DNA of 63,698 bases, the filler included, from Klebsormidium nitens (Eukaryota > Plantae > Klebsormidiophyceae), in the NCBI GenBank assembly GCA_000708835.1. It is 8 parts of 8 records of this genome, joined end to end, with 100 filler letters (N's around TTAATTAATTAA, not from the genome) between each part and the next. Parts side by side here need not be neighbours in the genome. Positions count along the whole stretch, not along the records: positions 1 to 14,480 come from DF238045.1; positions 14,581 to 18,554 come from DF237467.1; positions 18,655 to 24,904 come from DF238367.1; 5 more parts are not named here. One strand, written 5' to 3'. The stretch's first letter is position 1; each line of letters opens with the position of its first letter. Of this stretch, positions 11,401 through 23,960 are shown one piece after another. The translations under genes were made by a program, and so were the position numbers. The notes beneath the pieces were generated by a model, which saw only the letters and a program-made list of their open reading frames with translations, was not told the origin of the DNA and ran no database searches.

Positions 11401-14029
11401 ACTGTAACACTGCCAGACTGATTGACTCCAACTTAAATTAGTTCGCAATAACGTGATACAGGGATCAAGGCAACCCTCTTTGCAGATTGACTTGATGCAG
11501 GCAAGAAGAATCCTTTTACATGCCACAGAGAAAAATCTCCTGAAAGCGACTCAACATTAAGCTGTACACTCCAGCTCGAAGAAGCACGACCAAGTGAGAA
11601 AAGCTAGAGAAGGTGAGACAGTGAGACAAACATGTACCTTGTGCTGCGTCTTTCTCCACCTCCTCAATAAGTTCGTCCATGGCACCATCTGGAGCGTCAT
11701 CCCAATGTTCCTGCTCCCATCCGTTGGACGGTGGCACTGTGCCCCCAGTTCGATGAGCTCCCTGTGCTGTTGCAGCGGGGGCTGCCGTCTGGCTATTGGT
11801 GCATGGCTGGGCACCCGCTCTTGCTCTGCACCGGTGAGCTTTCAAGGCAGCCGCTGTGGAGTACTCGCCCACGCAGCGCGGGCACGGAAAGGGCTGGGGA
11901 CCCATCTGCGCCTTGGTCCTCCTTACTCGTCTTGGCGCGGGGGACTGACTCGGTGCGCCGGAGTCGCCGCCTGTCACAACATAAGAGAGGCTCCAGATTT
12001 GCCAGGAAACACATAAAGAAGCACCACGAGAACAAGATGGTCAAAGCCTACGTGGATCAGAGTACAAAAGCTTTTTGCTGAGCGTGATGGTATTTGCCCC
12101 GTATTTGCACCTACTCATCATCCACCGGAGCCAAGTCATGGTTGACCATGCCTGCCTTGCACAGCTGTATTGACTCAAAGAATTCAACTACTGTACAAGC
12201 AAGTATCTCCAGACTCGCGCACCAACCTGAACAAGCTTGACTTGAGAAAGAGGGAGACAAGTCTTAGTCTTGAGCTTTTTGAACAAAGCTGATCACTTAG
12301 TTAAGACCATGTTCATGTTTCTGTCTTTGGCAGCTTTCGAAGAAGCTGCCAACTCATCATGGGAAGAAAGCAGATGTAAAAGTTCCCAAACATTTCTCAC
12401 CTTCCTGTCCTTGGCCGCTGGTTGCAGGAAGTTGCCACATCATCACAGCCTTCTCGCCAATGAGCTCAAATATGGCCACTTTCCGACTGTCGGACCCCTT
12501 GAGGCCAGCGGCGACATGCGGGCCCACCACACACCTTTTGAAAACCTCCAAGCAGCCGCGCTTCTGCTCTTCTTCTGACAAGGTTGTGCCGGCCCCTGCA
12601 AACCACATACAATCAGCATTCCGAGGCCCTAATTTAGCCAATGTGTCAAACTAGAAAAAAATGTGCTCCACCAGGCCCGCTGCACTTTTGAAGCTTCACA
12701 TTCCCAAATGACCAAGGGAGAAAGACTCTAAGCTGGAATCATCAGGCATACACAAAGCTGGTCCTTTCCTCTTTCTCTACTTCCGTGCTTAAATGCAGGT
12801 GCGCAGCAACTACGTACTCACCAAAATGTGTCACAATGTTTTGTGCCATCGCCTCGAGAACAACGATGGTCTCATCAGCTTTCAGCTTCCATGCTTTTGA
12901 GAGCGGGACAGCCGGAGGCCACCATGCCAAGCGTCCACTTGCAGCCCCAAAGGCGGCAGTAAAGGATGTGACTGCCATTGAGGGAGAGCAGACTGGCCCC
13001 AGGGATGTCACAGCGGCCTTCCGCTCCGGCACAGAGAGGTGCTTAGAAAGAAGAGTGGCAATGTCTGCCGACCGCAAGCTGTCCTGCAAGGACACACATT
13101 GGTCGTCAGCCTTGGACGTTCACACCTTCTCAAACGAGTCTCAAACATCCCCAGGCTAGCCACAATATCGCTGGAACTGGAAGCAACAAGAGATTCAGTT
13201 GGGAGTCAAGCGCACCATCTGCACATCATCCAGCCTGTGGCCCATTCAAAGCAGAACTCCAGATCAGCTCTAACAATATGGAACGGCATTTGCAATCCTC
13301 ACCTTGAATTGTTGTGCGGTCAACTTTGAAGTGTTTGCCTGCTGTCGGACCTTCTCCATGTAACCCTCATTTTGCCAGATGGGAGCAAGGACTTCATCAG
13401 ATCCTGTACACACCAGAGCGGACTACATTAGACATCTGTTCTTGATGGACACTCTATTTGCTTTGAATTGGGAGCTGTGCTAGTCTTTGGATGAAACTAC
13501 TCTAGCTATCAGTATTCCGAGACATATGATGTCTTGCTGTCATTGACTCAACCTTCGTTTTCTCCTTCCCCATCAGGTCACAAAGGTCTGCAAAAGTCAG
13601 TAGGTGTAAGCTATGGTTAAAGCAGAGCTCACCGATGCGGATGCTGCCATCCCCATAAGAGATGCCCCACACAAACTCTTCCACCCCTGCTCCATTGGCG
13701 CGACCCTTCGCAAATAGCTTCTGCAAGCTGGTTTCAAGACTCCGTCTCTTCCTGTTAACATCTCTTGGAAGAGTATGTCTTGACTTTCCAGACTTTGTGC
13801 GGACAGGGAGTCTCAGGAGCCCTGCTTCAATGCAGTACCGCCTCAGGGCTGCTGCCTTATCTTTTGCAACCCGACACGCTTGCCTCATCTGCTTCGGAGC
13901 AGTTTCAATGACATCGTTCCACTCTTCCGGATCTCCAAAGATAATTTGCATCAGCTCCTGCGTTTCCTCAGCAATCTCATCATCCCCAAACTCGTCCTCT
14001 TCGTGATGGTGGTTTCTGGCCATACTCAC
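8435..14029 (-). CDS. Multi-exon partner gene of the KDZ element (WP-motif helical region, C2HC finger, 13-aa repeats); frameshifted at about 10232; 5' and 3' ends uncertain
   Basis: Exon-like segments with splice signals: 14029-13633, 13083 to about 12760 (RLAWWPPAVPL), 12595-12401, 11970-11638 (FPCPRCVGEYSTAAALKAHRC), and 11157 to about 9609 (phase-1 junction AAQG|TTEAREAV verified). Weaker candidate exons lie near 8890-8830 and 8590-8435. Several intermediate junctions were not resolved. Confidence 0.55.
9890..10551 (-). repeat. Coding tandem repeat, about 17 units of 39 nt (13 aa, consensus xxPGAPSAQxxGG); one unit is 38 nt
   Basis: Plus-strand GCGCAC-type anchors at 9890, 9929, 9968, 10007, 10046, 10085, 10124, 10163, 10202, 10240 (38-nt step), 10279, 10318 and 10357, with degenerate units to 10513. 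Confidence 0.92.
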
Positions 14030-14480
14030 TTCAGTATAACAACAGCCAGCAAACTGCAGCTACGTGGCAGCTACTGTGAAGCCGGAAGAAGAGGACAGAT
14101 TGTCACCCGATCTTGCTGAGCAGCCATCGATGATTTATAATGTCAAGGCCTGTTCAATAGTCAAGCTTGCCTCCCTGGTTTTCAGCTGGCCGTCACGCTG
14201 GCAGCACTTCCCTGAACTCAGGACTGAAGAGTGAACGCACAAGCTCAATTAACTTCAAAGAAGCCGAGGCAGACGAGCCAACTTCTTTTCAAAGGTTTTG
14301 GCGCCACATGCAGAATTACGTCCTCCTAGTATGCGCAGCCCAGATCAATTTGACGACGACAGCAATCTGGTTATAGGTCGTCAAATTGACGCACGCGAAG
14401 AAGATACGCGTACCGGTCAAACTGACGGCGGCCACTTTCCTGACCTTTAAGAGTCATTCTGACCTACGCAGAAACTTGTA

Positions 14481-14580
14481 NNNNNNNNNNNNNNNNNNNN
14501 NNNNNNNNNNNNNNNNNNNNNNNNTTAATTAATTAANNNNNNNNNNNNNNNNNNNNNNNNNNNNNNNNNNNNNNNNNNNN
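14481..14580. other. Artificial contig linker
   Basis: 44 N + TTAATTAATTAA (stops in all six frames) + 44 N. Confidence 0.98.
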
Positions 14581-17370
14581 CGGGAAAGCATCACAGATAG
14601 ACAAGACCAGGTCGAGTCATCTGGATAGAACGCCGTACATCAACGGTCTCACAGCGCGCCGTTAAGACGTAACCGCTGTCGTTTCGCTAACAAGCAGCTA
14701 ACGAAATCCTGACGAGAACGAGGTTAGGCTTAACCAGACGTAATCGTCACAATTGCGCACGCACGTGCAGTTATGAATGATGCAAATTGTGACTTTGGCA
14801 CTTGAGACATCGTAGGTTGAAGCACAACGTTAACAGATGACATTGAGTCCGCCTTCAAGGAAGTTCCATGCCCGTTCCATGGCTAATGAAATCGTCGACG
14901 GCCAGTGGATATCTTACAAAAGTACGCCGTAAACGGTTTGAGCTAAGTCGACTCTCTACATTGAGTATAGTCTATATTATAGGTTTCGGGCCACCACTGT
15001 ACTCCCACCATGTACTATGATCTATTAGTAGTAGAATACTATGATAGTCACTATGATAGTAATGATAGTAAATTATTTGATTATTCAGACACAGCTGGCC
15101 GAAAAATGCCGCCATCATCATTTACTCGGTTGACTTATCACGCCTAGCATGTTGTACGGTAACAAAGTAATATGGTGATAAAGCCTTGAAGTTTGAAAGG
15201 TCTCTCCAGGTTCGCGGGTCTCTCGTTTGAAATCGTTAAGCCTTGGCAGTCCAATTCAATAGCCAATTTCTCAGACTGCCCGTCCTCAGAACTCATCACT
15301 TCATCACAATACCATCCTGCCCCCATGGTCCCATGGGCCAATAGCTTTGTAAGATTTTTGATGAAAGTCGCGAAGATCGCGAAACAAAGTTGCGGTCTGC
15401 CAATGCCACGGTCTCTTGGTCAACGTCATGCAACGTGACAGCTAGAAAGCTAGACGTAGTGACTAGACGTGACTTGACAGGCTACTTGAGTCGACTCTGA
15501 GGCTTACAGGCTGTCAGGCCCGAGTCAGGACCTACTAAGTACTTTTAAGTATGATCATCTTTCCGCGCGTGACGCGCGCTTCTTGACCCAATGGATCGAA
15601 GTGGGATTGCATAATATTCGGTTTGATGATTCGTGATTGCCCTCCAAATTTAGCAAGTTGTCACCTTCACCATTCACCGGCGAACAAGCTGGGCGCTTTT
15701 TGCGGGATAACGATATCCAAAAGGCTCATATGATTACGATCGGCTAAAAGTGCATCCAGTGGCAGCTACCGACGTCATCTTTACGCAGAATGGCTAGTAA
15801 CGACTGTCAGAATTTATGGCACTCGGGATTCTTGTGGCCGCGCACTAACTGCACGTGGGCTCGGTTGTATCTGCCCGGCTGGAGGTTCAAGCCTTTTAAC
15901 TCTTTGAAGCTCCCTGAAAGTGCCCGGGACTGGCACCGCACTCGCTGGCCCACGACTAGCACGAGCAAGTTTACACGCCCGGAGTCCGGACTTTGTGCCG
16001 GAGTCGGCCGAGTCGGGCACTCGGCAGACTTCTGACTCACCGGTCTCCGTGCCAGAGTCGGCCGCGAGTCGGGACTCGCAGACAGACCTACCTATTACCG
16101 TTTTAGTACGTATAGGATAGGTAGGTATGTCTTTTTACGGTATGGTCACTGCCCGGGGAACAGGCTGGGTTAGGTTGCGGGTTAGGGTGGGCACGAGTGC
16201 GGAGCGGGTAAATTTGTTGGTTTAGGTTTTCTTGTTTAATGATTTTACCCCGGGGACTGTTGCTATTCTATCGGATCTCTCCGAGTCCCGGTGGCCCTGC
16301 GGTGGACTCTTCAGATGCTAAACCCCAGGCTGGCATGGAGGATCTGGGTGATCCCTGCAACATTATCGTCCTGCAATTGGGCCCCTGCCCATGTGAACAT
16401 TGCGTCATTTCCAGAGCAGTGAAGTGAGATGATAGTCAGATGCCGCATCCATCAACCTGGTGTGGCAGAATTGACTTCATAGTGCGGGGATGTAGCCTGT
16501 AGGCTGCAGCAGGCCTGGCAGCAGGCCACGCGGCCGCTGGTGGCTGCACCCCGGTTTGCAAAGTCCTGACACCTTCCATTGAACGTTGTCAAGCTGCTGA
16601 CATGACAACTCAGCAGCTACGGTACAACGCAGGTATCTTGTAGAACCATTATAGCTTCAGAAGTGAGGTAGGAATTCTGCACGGTGCACTCAGCCTGCAC
16701 TGCATGGATCAACTGATCGGCTCAACACTCACAAGCTGCGCCGGCCGCCGCGCTCTCATTGTTCCGTACATGACGTACGTGAACTATAAGGTCAGGTACG
16801 TGCGTTTTCTCGTTTATCTTGGGGTTCCAACTTCCTGCTCCCGTATGGATATGAGTACAAAGATCCTGAACGAGAAGGAACGGTCAGACTCCAGAGCATG
16901 AGCCTCTCTTTCGGCGGCGCGGATTCGATTCGATGCTAGTGCCACTGGACATTACCTGGCATCTCAGGGCCAGCTCCGACTTGCGCTTCCAGCTCGCGCA
17001 TTCCAAGTCTAAGCGACTCAGCACTTGATCAGAGAGTGACCACTGACCGAGCTCAGAATCCTGTAGGATTGCCATGATTCGCTGGCTGATTACCCAAGAA
17101 GGATGGAGACAGCTTCAGCTGGAGGACAGCTCGTCTAGCTACACAACAAAGCAACGACTCCAATCGCCCTCATCCAACCACTCTTCCTTCAAACAGCCGT
17201 GCAGGGGATGAAAATCTGCTTTCTTAACAGTCCTTTCAACAGCAGCTACGACAGGGGCTCACTAGCTCTTCTCATGATCCAGCGTGTCACCGTAGTTCTC
17301 TTCTAGCTTGCTTCATCTGTCTGTCTTCTTGGTACTCTTTGCCCTGCTGATTCCAGCTGACTCTTTCCAG

Positions 17371-18283
17371 GGGGGGCCATGGCGGTGTGCCCGTACCCCC
17401 TGGTGCACGGGAAGTGCCCCCCGGAGCCAGACACGTTCTTTGCCTTTGGCTATTCGGGGGTGTACACGTTTGCAGCAGTTATTGGGACCTTGACGTCCTA
17501 TGCCATCTATGTCTGGATCAAGCGGGTCAAGAGCCGGAAGGGGAAGATGAGCGGTGTCCACGCGGGGGGGTTCAGATTTGCAGCCGCCCAGGTGCGTTGC
17601 GCTCCCTGTGTCAGCATTCTACTTGCATCTTGATTGAAGGTGTATTGGTGCAGCGCGCCCTAACTTCTGCAGCGTGTGTAAGCTCTGCAGAGTTGCTTTC
17701 TAACATTTTCTTGCCAAGAAGTAAAACACCTGGGGTTTAAAAAGACTGTGCACGTTGATTGGGCCCACACCAAGTGTCTCCACTTACCTCAGGGAATCAG
17801 TTTCTGGTCTACTCTGTTCTTTCTGCCTCCCCCATTCAAAGTTTTATTGCAAAGACTGTGCCAAACTTTGTGACACCTCTGCCCACTTAAAAGGGCCCTT
17901 CTTTCCCAGTAACTTCAAATCAAACCCCTTAAGCAGGCAGGCGGACGCACAGCAACAGCACCTGTGTTTTACCTACTCTAAAACTTTTGACTCTTTGTTG
18001 TGAGGAAGACATATGCCCTAATCACCTGCCATGTTGAATTGGGCTCCACAGATCCTTCTCATACTGGAGGACAAACGTTCTTCTTGCCACCTTTAAGCGC
18101 AGCCTTCATTGCTCAAAAGAGGCAGCAGTGCTCTTTTCATAAGTAGGAACGTGTGTTTTACTCCTACTTTGATTTCTGCAGGGAAATGTCCCCGCTATGA
18201 TCTACATCAAGAACAACGCGCCCCACTTCGATGTCAACACTGCATTGCATGGTTGGACTGCCCTCCACGCTGCTGCAATCCAG
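17371..18283 (+). CDS. Partial gene: single TM helix followed by ankyrin repeat(s); continues beyond the contig end
   Basis: Exons 17371-17591 (YSGVYTFAAVIGTLTSYAIYVWIKRVK TM plus basic stop-transfer) and 18182-18283, phase-0 join giving FRFAAAQ|GNVPAMIYIKNNAPHFDVNTALHGWTALHAAAIQ (ankyrin G.TALH.AA consensus). Confidence 0.7.
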
Positions 18284-18554
18284 GTCAGAGTTGCGCTTAC
18301 ACTCATACTTTGTTGCCAAGCCAGTCTGCTGATCGTGTCCCAAAACTTGGTGTATTTGAGACTTTCGCCGTTACAGGGTTTGGAACTTCCCAGCTGTCTG
18401 GATGTTTCAAAAAGGCACATGTGTCTAGCAAATGATAGGCGCCCAGCAGTTTGTCCTTGACCACTTGAAATCAATCCAGTCAAGATATCTTGGTAGAGGT
18501 GGCGCCAAAGTGATCGGGATCCAACTGCAAATAGCAGTCTGCCATTGTAGGTAC

Positions 18555-18654
18555 NNNNNNNNNNNNNNNNNNNNNNNNNNNNNNNNNNNNNNNNNNNNTT
18601 AATTAATTAANNNNNNNNNNNNNNNNNNNNNNNNNNNNNNNNNNNNNNNNNNNN
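18555..18654. other. Artificial contig linker
   Basis: 44 N + TTAATTAATTAA + 44 N. Confidence 0.98.
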
Positions 18655-19104
18655 AGACGGGCTTTATCCGTATGGTATTCATTGGCCATCTGGGCTGGCT
18701 TTCAAATGCTTCCATTCGGGCTCGATTCATCATGAACCTGACACACAGTAGCGACTAGACTTTGGGAAAGCAATTTTCCGTTTGGTGACATTCAAGAAAG
18801 TCACATACGATGAAAATTGGAGCTTTTAGTCAATGTCCTTTGCAATGAAAGCAGCGCTCACTTGGGCAGTTGCGGCCGTTGCTCCCGATTGACGCGCCAG
18901 TCGCGTTGTAAGCGCAAAGCAGGCTTGATACGGCTCCGGCGTAAGCGCACAGAGTCTGCTGCAGAAATGCTCTTGCGTCCGCAAGGTTTTGCTGAACCAA
19001 CGCGGGGCAAGAGTTGGGGACGGTACTTCCTGCAAAGAACTGATGCCATTTTCGAGCGTTCAATCAAAGCGAGGTAGTCGCTGTATTATACATATATAGG
19101 AGTC

Positions 19105-20240
19105 CTAAGGAGAACAACTTGGAAGATCTTGTAAATCAGCGTTGATTCCCGAAACGACAGAGATGCAAACCAGATCGCTCCTCAACATTAAATTGCGTTG
19201 AGACCTTTCAATTGGAGTGGTTGTTAGTATAGAGATCACACCCACAAGGAGCGAGGACCAGAGTGCTGAATGATCGCATCTTCCTGCCACGGGCGCACTA
19301 AAAGCGATCGGAATTAAGAGCTGCGGCTTCAAGTCGCGGATTCCTGTGCAACCCCCTGGTATTTCAAAAACTTGCTTGAGCCTAGCATTGCAGAGACTGC
19401 CGAAGATCGTATGCCCGCTTTGTTTGAGCAAGCTTGGGTTCCCCTATTCTCTTTGTGCTGTTTTGTACCAAAATAAGTTTCTCGGTGGACTCAACGGATC
19501 CAACGTTCAATTCAACGCCTTCTAGATCCACTCAAAACCCTGCTCTACGCTTGATCCCCGTAAGGACAACCTTCCGCACTTCTTACCTATTTGGGGTTCC
19601 AGGGCGGGCATCCGGTTTCTCCAATCAAAATGACGTCTAGGTTGTCGTGCCAAAGTGGAATATAGCCGGTCAGGTCGCCTTCACTACATCGGTCAAAAAG
19701 AGGTTTAGTCCGTTTCTGTTCGAAACCAAAACGGCGCTTGTTCTCACCTGGGCAGGAGACCGCGGGGCGTGTTGGTAGAATTTCTCCAGGGACAGGGGCC
19801 GTCGGAAACATGCTAACGAGAACACCGGTTGCGTTGTACGTGCAGACCGTTAGTGAAGTGGCGGGGGCACCACTGGTCGTCACGTTGTAGGAACAGTATA
19901 CTTGGGTCAGCGGGTTTGCTGGCATTGACGCGTCACGAGGCAAGCACAAGGACGCAACCGTACCTGCACACGCCCACCGGAAGCTAAGCTCAAGTGCTTC
20001 GATAATCAGAGTCCAAGCTGGTCATTTTCAGAGGACTTCGTATATTCTAAAAGTCCCTTAGTTTCCCAGCAGTCGCTCATCTGAGTCTAGTTTCAATGCT
20101 GCCATGAAGGTCGTTGTGGATTCACCTGACGTCTGCGTTGGTGACAGAGTTTGCATCAGCTTCCGGTGGGCGACTGCGGTAGTTTCGCCACGGAACCGGA
20201 CTTCCGTCAGCGGGACGACGGAACCGGAGTCTTCTTCCGC
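19105..20240 (-). CDS. Possible spliced gene of unknown function (Ser/Thr/Pro/Cys-rich exon)
   Basis: Exon-like segment at about 19966-19747 bounded by TGCAG and CCAG|GTGAG (GTVASLCLPRDAS..YCSYNVTT..CTYNATG..SCP). Flanking ORFs could not be joined in phase; no recognised domain. Confidence 0.25.
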
Positions 20241-23200
20241 AGACATTGCAAACACCTGAGCTTGGAAGGACAAACGTGTGTCGATCATTCACTAAGACGC
20301 ATTGTACAGGAAACTCAACTTTGACGTCGAAGTCGGAAACGGCCGCTGATCACGGCAGAATGAATCATATCCGATCTGTAAAGGCTAGTTTCAGCTGTGG
20401 CAGCCCTCTTCAAAGTGCTTTGAGATCTCAAAATTTTGCTACTCAGATTACACCGGGGCTTCGGAAGGTCATTGAAAAGAAGCTGAAGAAAGCTACTGGA
20501 TGGCCAATATAGGTGACAATAAACACACAATCGGATGTTAACATATTCTGTTTTGAGTTTATAAACAGAATGACGATCACTTTGTCTTCTTCTTCGGGTC
20601 TAAAAGCAAAATGACGATCAATTTGTCAGTCTGCACGCGCGAGTCATTGGGCAGGAAATCTCTCATTACTAGACATGAAAGAGAATCATGAGAGCAAGAA
20701 AATTTGGAAGGAACGAGCGTCAAAAAGTAGGTTCTCTTAGTTGCATTAAAAGCTGCTTGTGATCACCACCAGTTTTTCCTTACCTCTACATTTCGTAGAA
20801 CGAGACAGAGTAGGCCGAAGAGACCAATGAGCGACGACTTGGCCGCCATTTCTGCAAGCAGGTCGCGCGTTTTGCAGACGGCTGAAATCAGGGACACCTT
20901 TCTCGCAGCCCTAGAAAATTTAGAAGAAGTGTGATAGAAACAAAAAGGGAAATAGGAGCCTGAGACGGTGGTCTCGCGGTGCATCCTCATGTCATGGTAG
21001 AGACAGGCTTTCAAGGTTCCAAGATCTGCACAGCACTCCTTGGCATGACTCGGCATACAAGTTCCTCAAGCGGGCTTGAAAGTGGAATTCTCGTAGCTGG
21101 TCTACGAACCGTTTTGCGGCGGTTGCGTCCTCGGAATTCATCCGAGGAAGTTTGTCGCGGATTCCGCCCTGTTCCACGCCCCGAGGCATTGGAAGAGATG
21201 GGTGCTGTGCTTCTTCGCAACAGGAGATCGAAGAAAGACGTGTTCCAGCCACGAAGAAATGTTCCCGGGGGTATCCATTGATATCTGATCTGCGGCGGCA
21301 TCGAAGATTTCGTTTCACTCTAGAATGTTGGTCAAGCCAGTCCTTTCTTAACGCCCGGCTGCAAGGATCGTTACTTTGATTTACAATCTTGAGCTCGGTC
21401 GATTTCTGCCTCGATGATCGCCAGCTCTCAAAGGGGAAGTGGTGCAAAGCCCAACAGTACTTGGAAGCGGAGCGCTCCCACATTAGTTTGCCTTGCCCTA
21501 CTTTCCCATGGACTCGCGGTCCATTTGTATTTACATGAGGTGACGTCATCACTCGCGGTAGTACCGACAGAGTCACGGTAACCGGGCCTGATTATGATGA
21601 GACTCTGAATCGAAGGCTGTCGAAGTTTAACGAGGAGGACTCAAAAACCCAGCTTCGCCAGGGTTGGTATAGATGCGCTTCCAGAAAAGCAAGGCTGCTC
21701 CATAAAGCTCTTTGTTACGTGGTAGATTGCTCTGACGGCCCCCTGACGGCCGGTTAATTTGCCGGTTTATCAGATTTCTTGCCTTGCAAGTTAGTGGAAC
21801 TCTTCTAGACGGTTTTCTTGGCACCGGGCATGCGAGCGCCCAGCGAACCGAGCTCCGGTATTCGATTCAAGGCTCCACCTGTCCAGGTGCTTCCAAATGA
21901 ACACGTGTCCCGGGCATTCAACTTGCACCTCGCAGGCGTCGAAACCTCGCGCTTAGACTTCACTCCTGTGGGCACGGACCCATTGGGCTGCTGCTTTGGC
22001 GCGCGCGCAAGGCGCGCGAACTCCGAGCGCCAAAGCGCAGGGAGCAGGCTTCTCATGATCGCGCCCACGCGAATGACGTCAAGCCAACGAGCTGGCCCCA
22101 AAGCTTCTGGGTAACGGAGTCGTCCCAAACTCAACGTGTAAAGTCTGCAGCGCAGCTAGTTTGGACCGCGCATCCTGGACCGGCGCTCCGCGGTAAGAAC
22201 TGGGAGTCTTCAATCCTTTCCGGTACTCGTTCTCTCTGTTTGCTTGCTAGGAACCTGGGGATCTTTCCATGATGACGTCTCCAAGACGCCGTTCGGCGTC
22301 TTGTCCGCCCATCCGGCGTCTCACCCAAGCACTGATCTCACCCATGAAGCGTGGCCGTCGCCGAGGCCAATCTGAGCCGCTCGTCCATTCAGTTGCCTCC
22401 CCGGCTGGCCAAAACTCCAACCCCTGCAGAGACACGCGTTTTCCGAAAGCGCCAGAGTCTCCCTCTTCGCGCGCAACTGCACCTCGCGGCCGCGTGCACG
22501 CCTAACACCATTTTTCGTTCCAAGTTAACGGATGATGAGCTACAGCGAGTCATGAAACTCGTGCGTGCCCAAAGCCTCCAGTCTCTGGATCCCGCTCGCA
22601 CGCAGCGCCTCCGCGGCCGCGCGACCGACGCCTACAGCGGTCAGCCAGCTCCGCACAGAAGACCAGCCCTTGATACTTCGTTTCACTAAACCACCACATG
22701 GCCTCGCGCTCCACCCGACCGCTAGTTCTTCTTGCAGCCTCGCCCGCCACGAGTGCCTCGTGTAAAACCGGTTGGAACCGGTTTGGCTTTTGCCTTCAAA
22801 AAAAACGATTGACTCTATCAACCCTACTTGCCGTGCCTTTGTTGCCGGCTTGCCCGTCTGCGCCTCAGGACGGTCGTTCCAAAAGCAACGCGAGGAAAGT
22901 TAGCAGCCTCTGGCGGTGCGTTTGGAGGTCTTCAATGGATTATGCATCTGTTGACGAAGCCCTCTGATTCGATGCTACCCCATTTGCGACCACAGCCTTG
23001 TTACCCGCACCCGGTCGAACGGTGTCGCATCCTCGCCGCTTCCGCTTTCGATTCCGCGTCCGCTTCCGCTTCGGAGTCCGCTTCCCTTTTCTGCTCTTGA
23101 ATGTTTGACCGTTACTTATACTCCGACATACTCTCAACCGCAGGACAAAAGAGCCCTGGAGTTTCCCTTACGGTGAACAACGGCTGGCCGGCGGAGGCAC

Positions 23201-23539
23201 ATGCTAAAGCACGACCGAAAATCATGGACAGCCCAGTTACTGTTACCCAGGGGTAACAGCAATTTTGCCAGATTTCGAACCGCCGGTTCAACGGAGCAAC
23301 CTCTCTCAGACTTGCCGTTCTTTCTGCAGTCCTTCCGGCGACGAATCCCGGGGCAATTCCGCGCCCCGGGTGCACACAACGTCCGGATCCCAAGAAGCCA
23401 CTTTTCGTTTCGACAAACGTTCCACGTCATCAGAAGCAAAAGGAAAGCAAATTATGCAGCTTTTGCGGAGCGCGTAGGGGCTGCTTCCGCAGCCAAATCA
23501 CTGCGAGAAATCTCCTGTCCGAATTGGGTCCGAAGTCAA

Positions 23540-23960
23540 TCTGAATTGATTCGCGGTTCAGACGGAGTTTGAACAGGTCCGGCGGAGTTTGGACAGGTTC
23601 GAACCCGTTTCGAACATGGTCGAGACTGGTGCTGCAAGATAGATACAAAGGTTCGAATCAGATCCGGACCAGGATCGGACCACGTCTGGACTCACTTCGG
23701 ACCAGAAGTTCTGTCCAAATTAGACACGTTCAGACTTGGTTCGGACAGGTCCAAAATGTTCTTTTCTGTCTGGACGCGATCCGAAAGGGATCCGAAGCAG
23801 GTCCGGAGTTGCGCAGGCCTAGTTCGGATCCAAATCGGATCTGCTTCGGACCCGATTCGTACCATTTTCGGACATCCCGGCATGTGTGAACATGGTCTGA
23901 AGCTTTCGGACCGGGGTCGGACAAATGATTTCAGTTTAATCCCACTTCGGACCGGGTTGG
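23540..23960. repeat. Short-motif array (TCGGA/TCCGA/TCGAA/TCTGGA variants roughly every 10-15 nt, both orientations)
   Basis: e.g. GTTCGGAC, GTCCGAA, GATCCGGAC, TTCGGATCCAAATCGGATCTGCTTCGGACCCGA. Confidence 0.7.

Larger units (their letters stand above)
1..14480. mobile_element. Putative KDZ (Kyakuja-type) DNA transposon, two convergent genes; true termini not visible
   Basis: KDZ transposase on +, convergent partner gene on -, TTTGAC/GTCAAA motifs clustered at both ends (118-304 and 14341-14430). No TSD or exact TIR visible; contig ends may cut the element. Confidence 0.55.

Noticed and set aside
14481-14580. Recurrent TTAATTAATTAA palindrome (7 times) as a biological repeat or att site
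   Set aside because: Always centred in 44 N + 12 + 44 N; it is an all-frame-stop contig linker. ORFs running into the N blocks are artefacts, and cross-linker gene clusters are not real linkage.
20992-22689. Medium ORFs (194 aa on -, about 100 aa on +) as genes
   Set aside because: No domain similarity recognised and no consistent splice model; possibly decayed element sequence.
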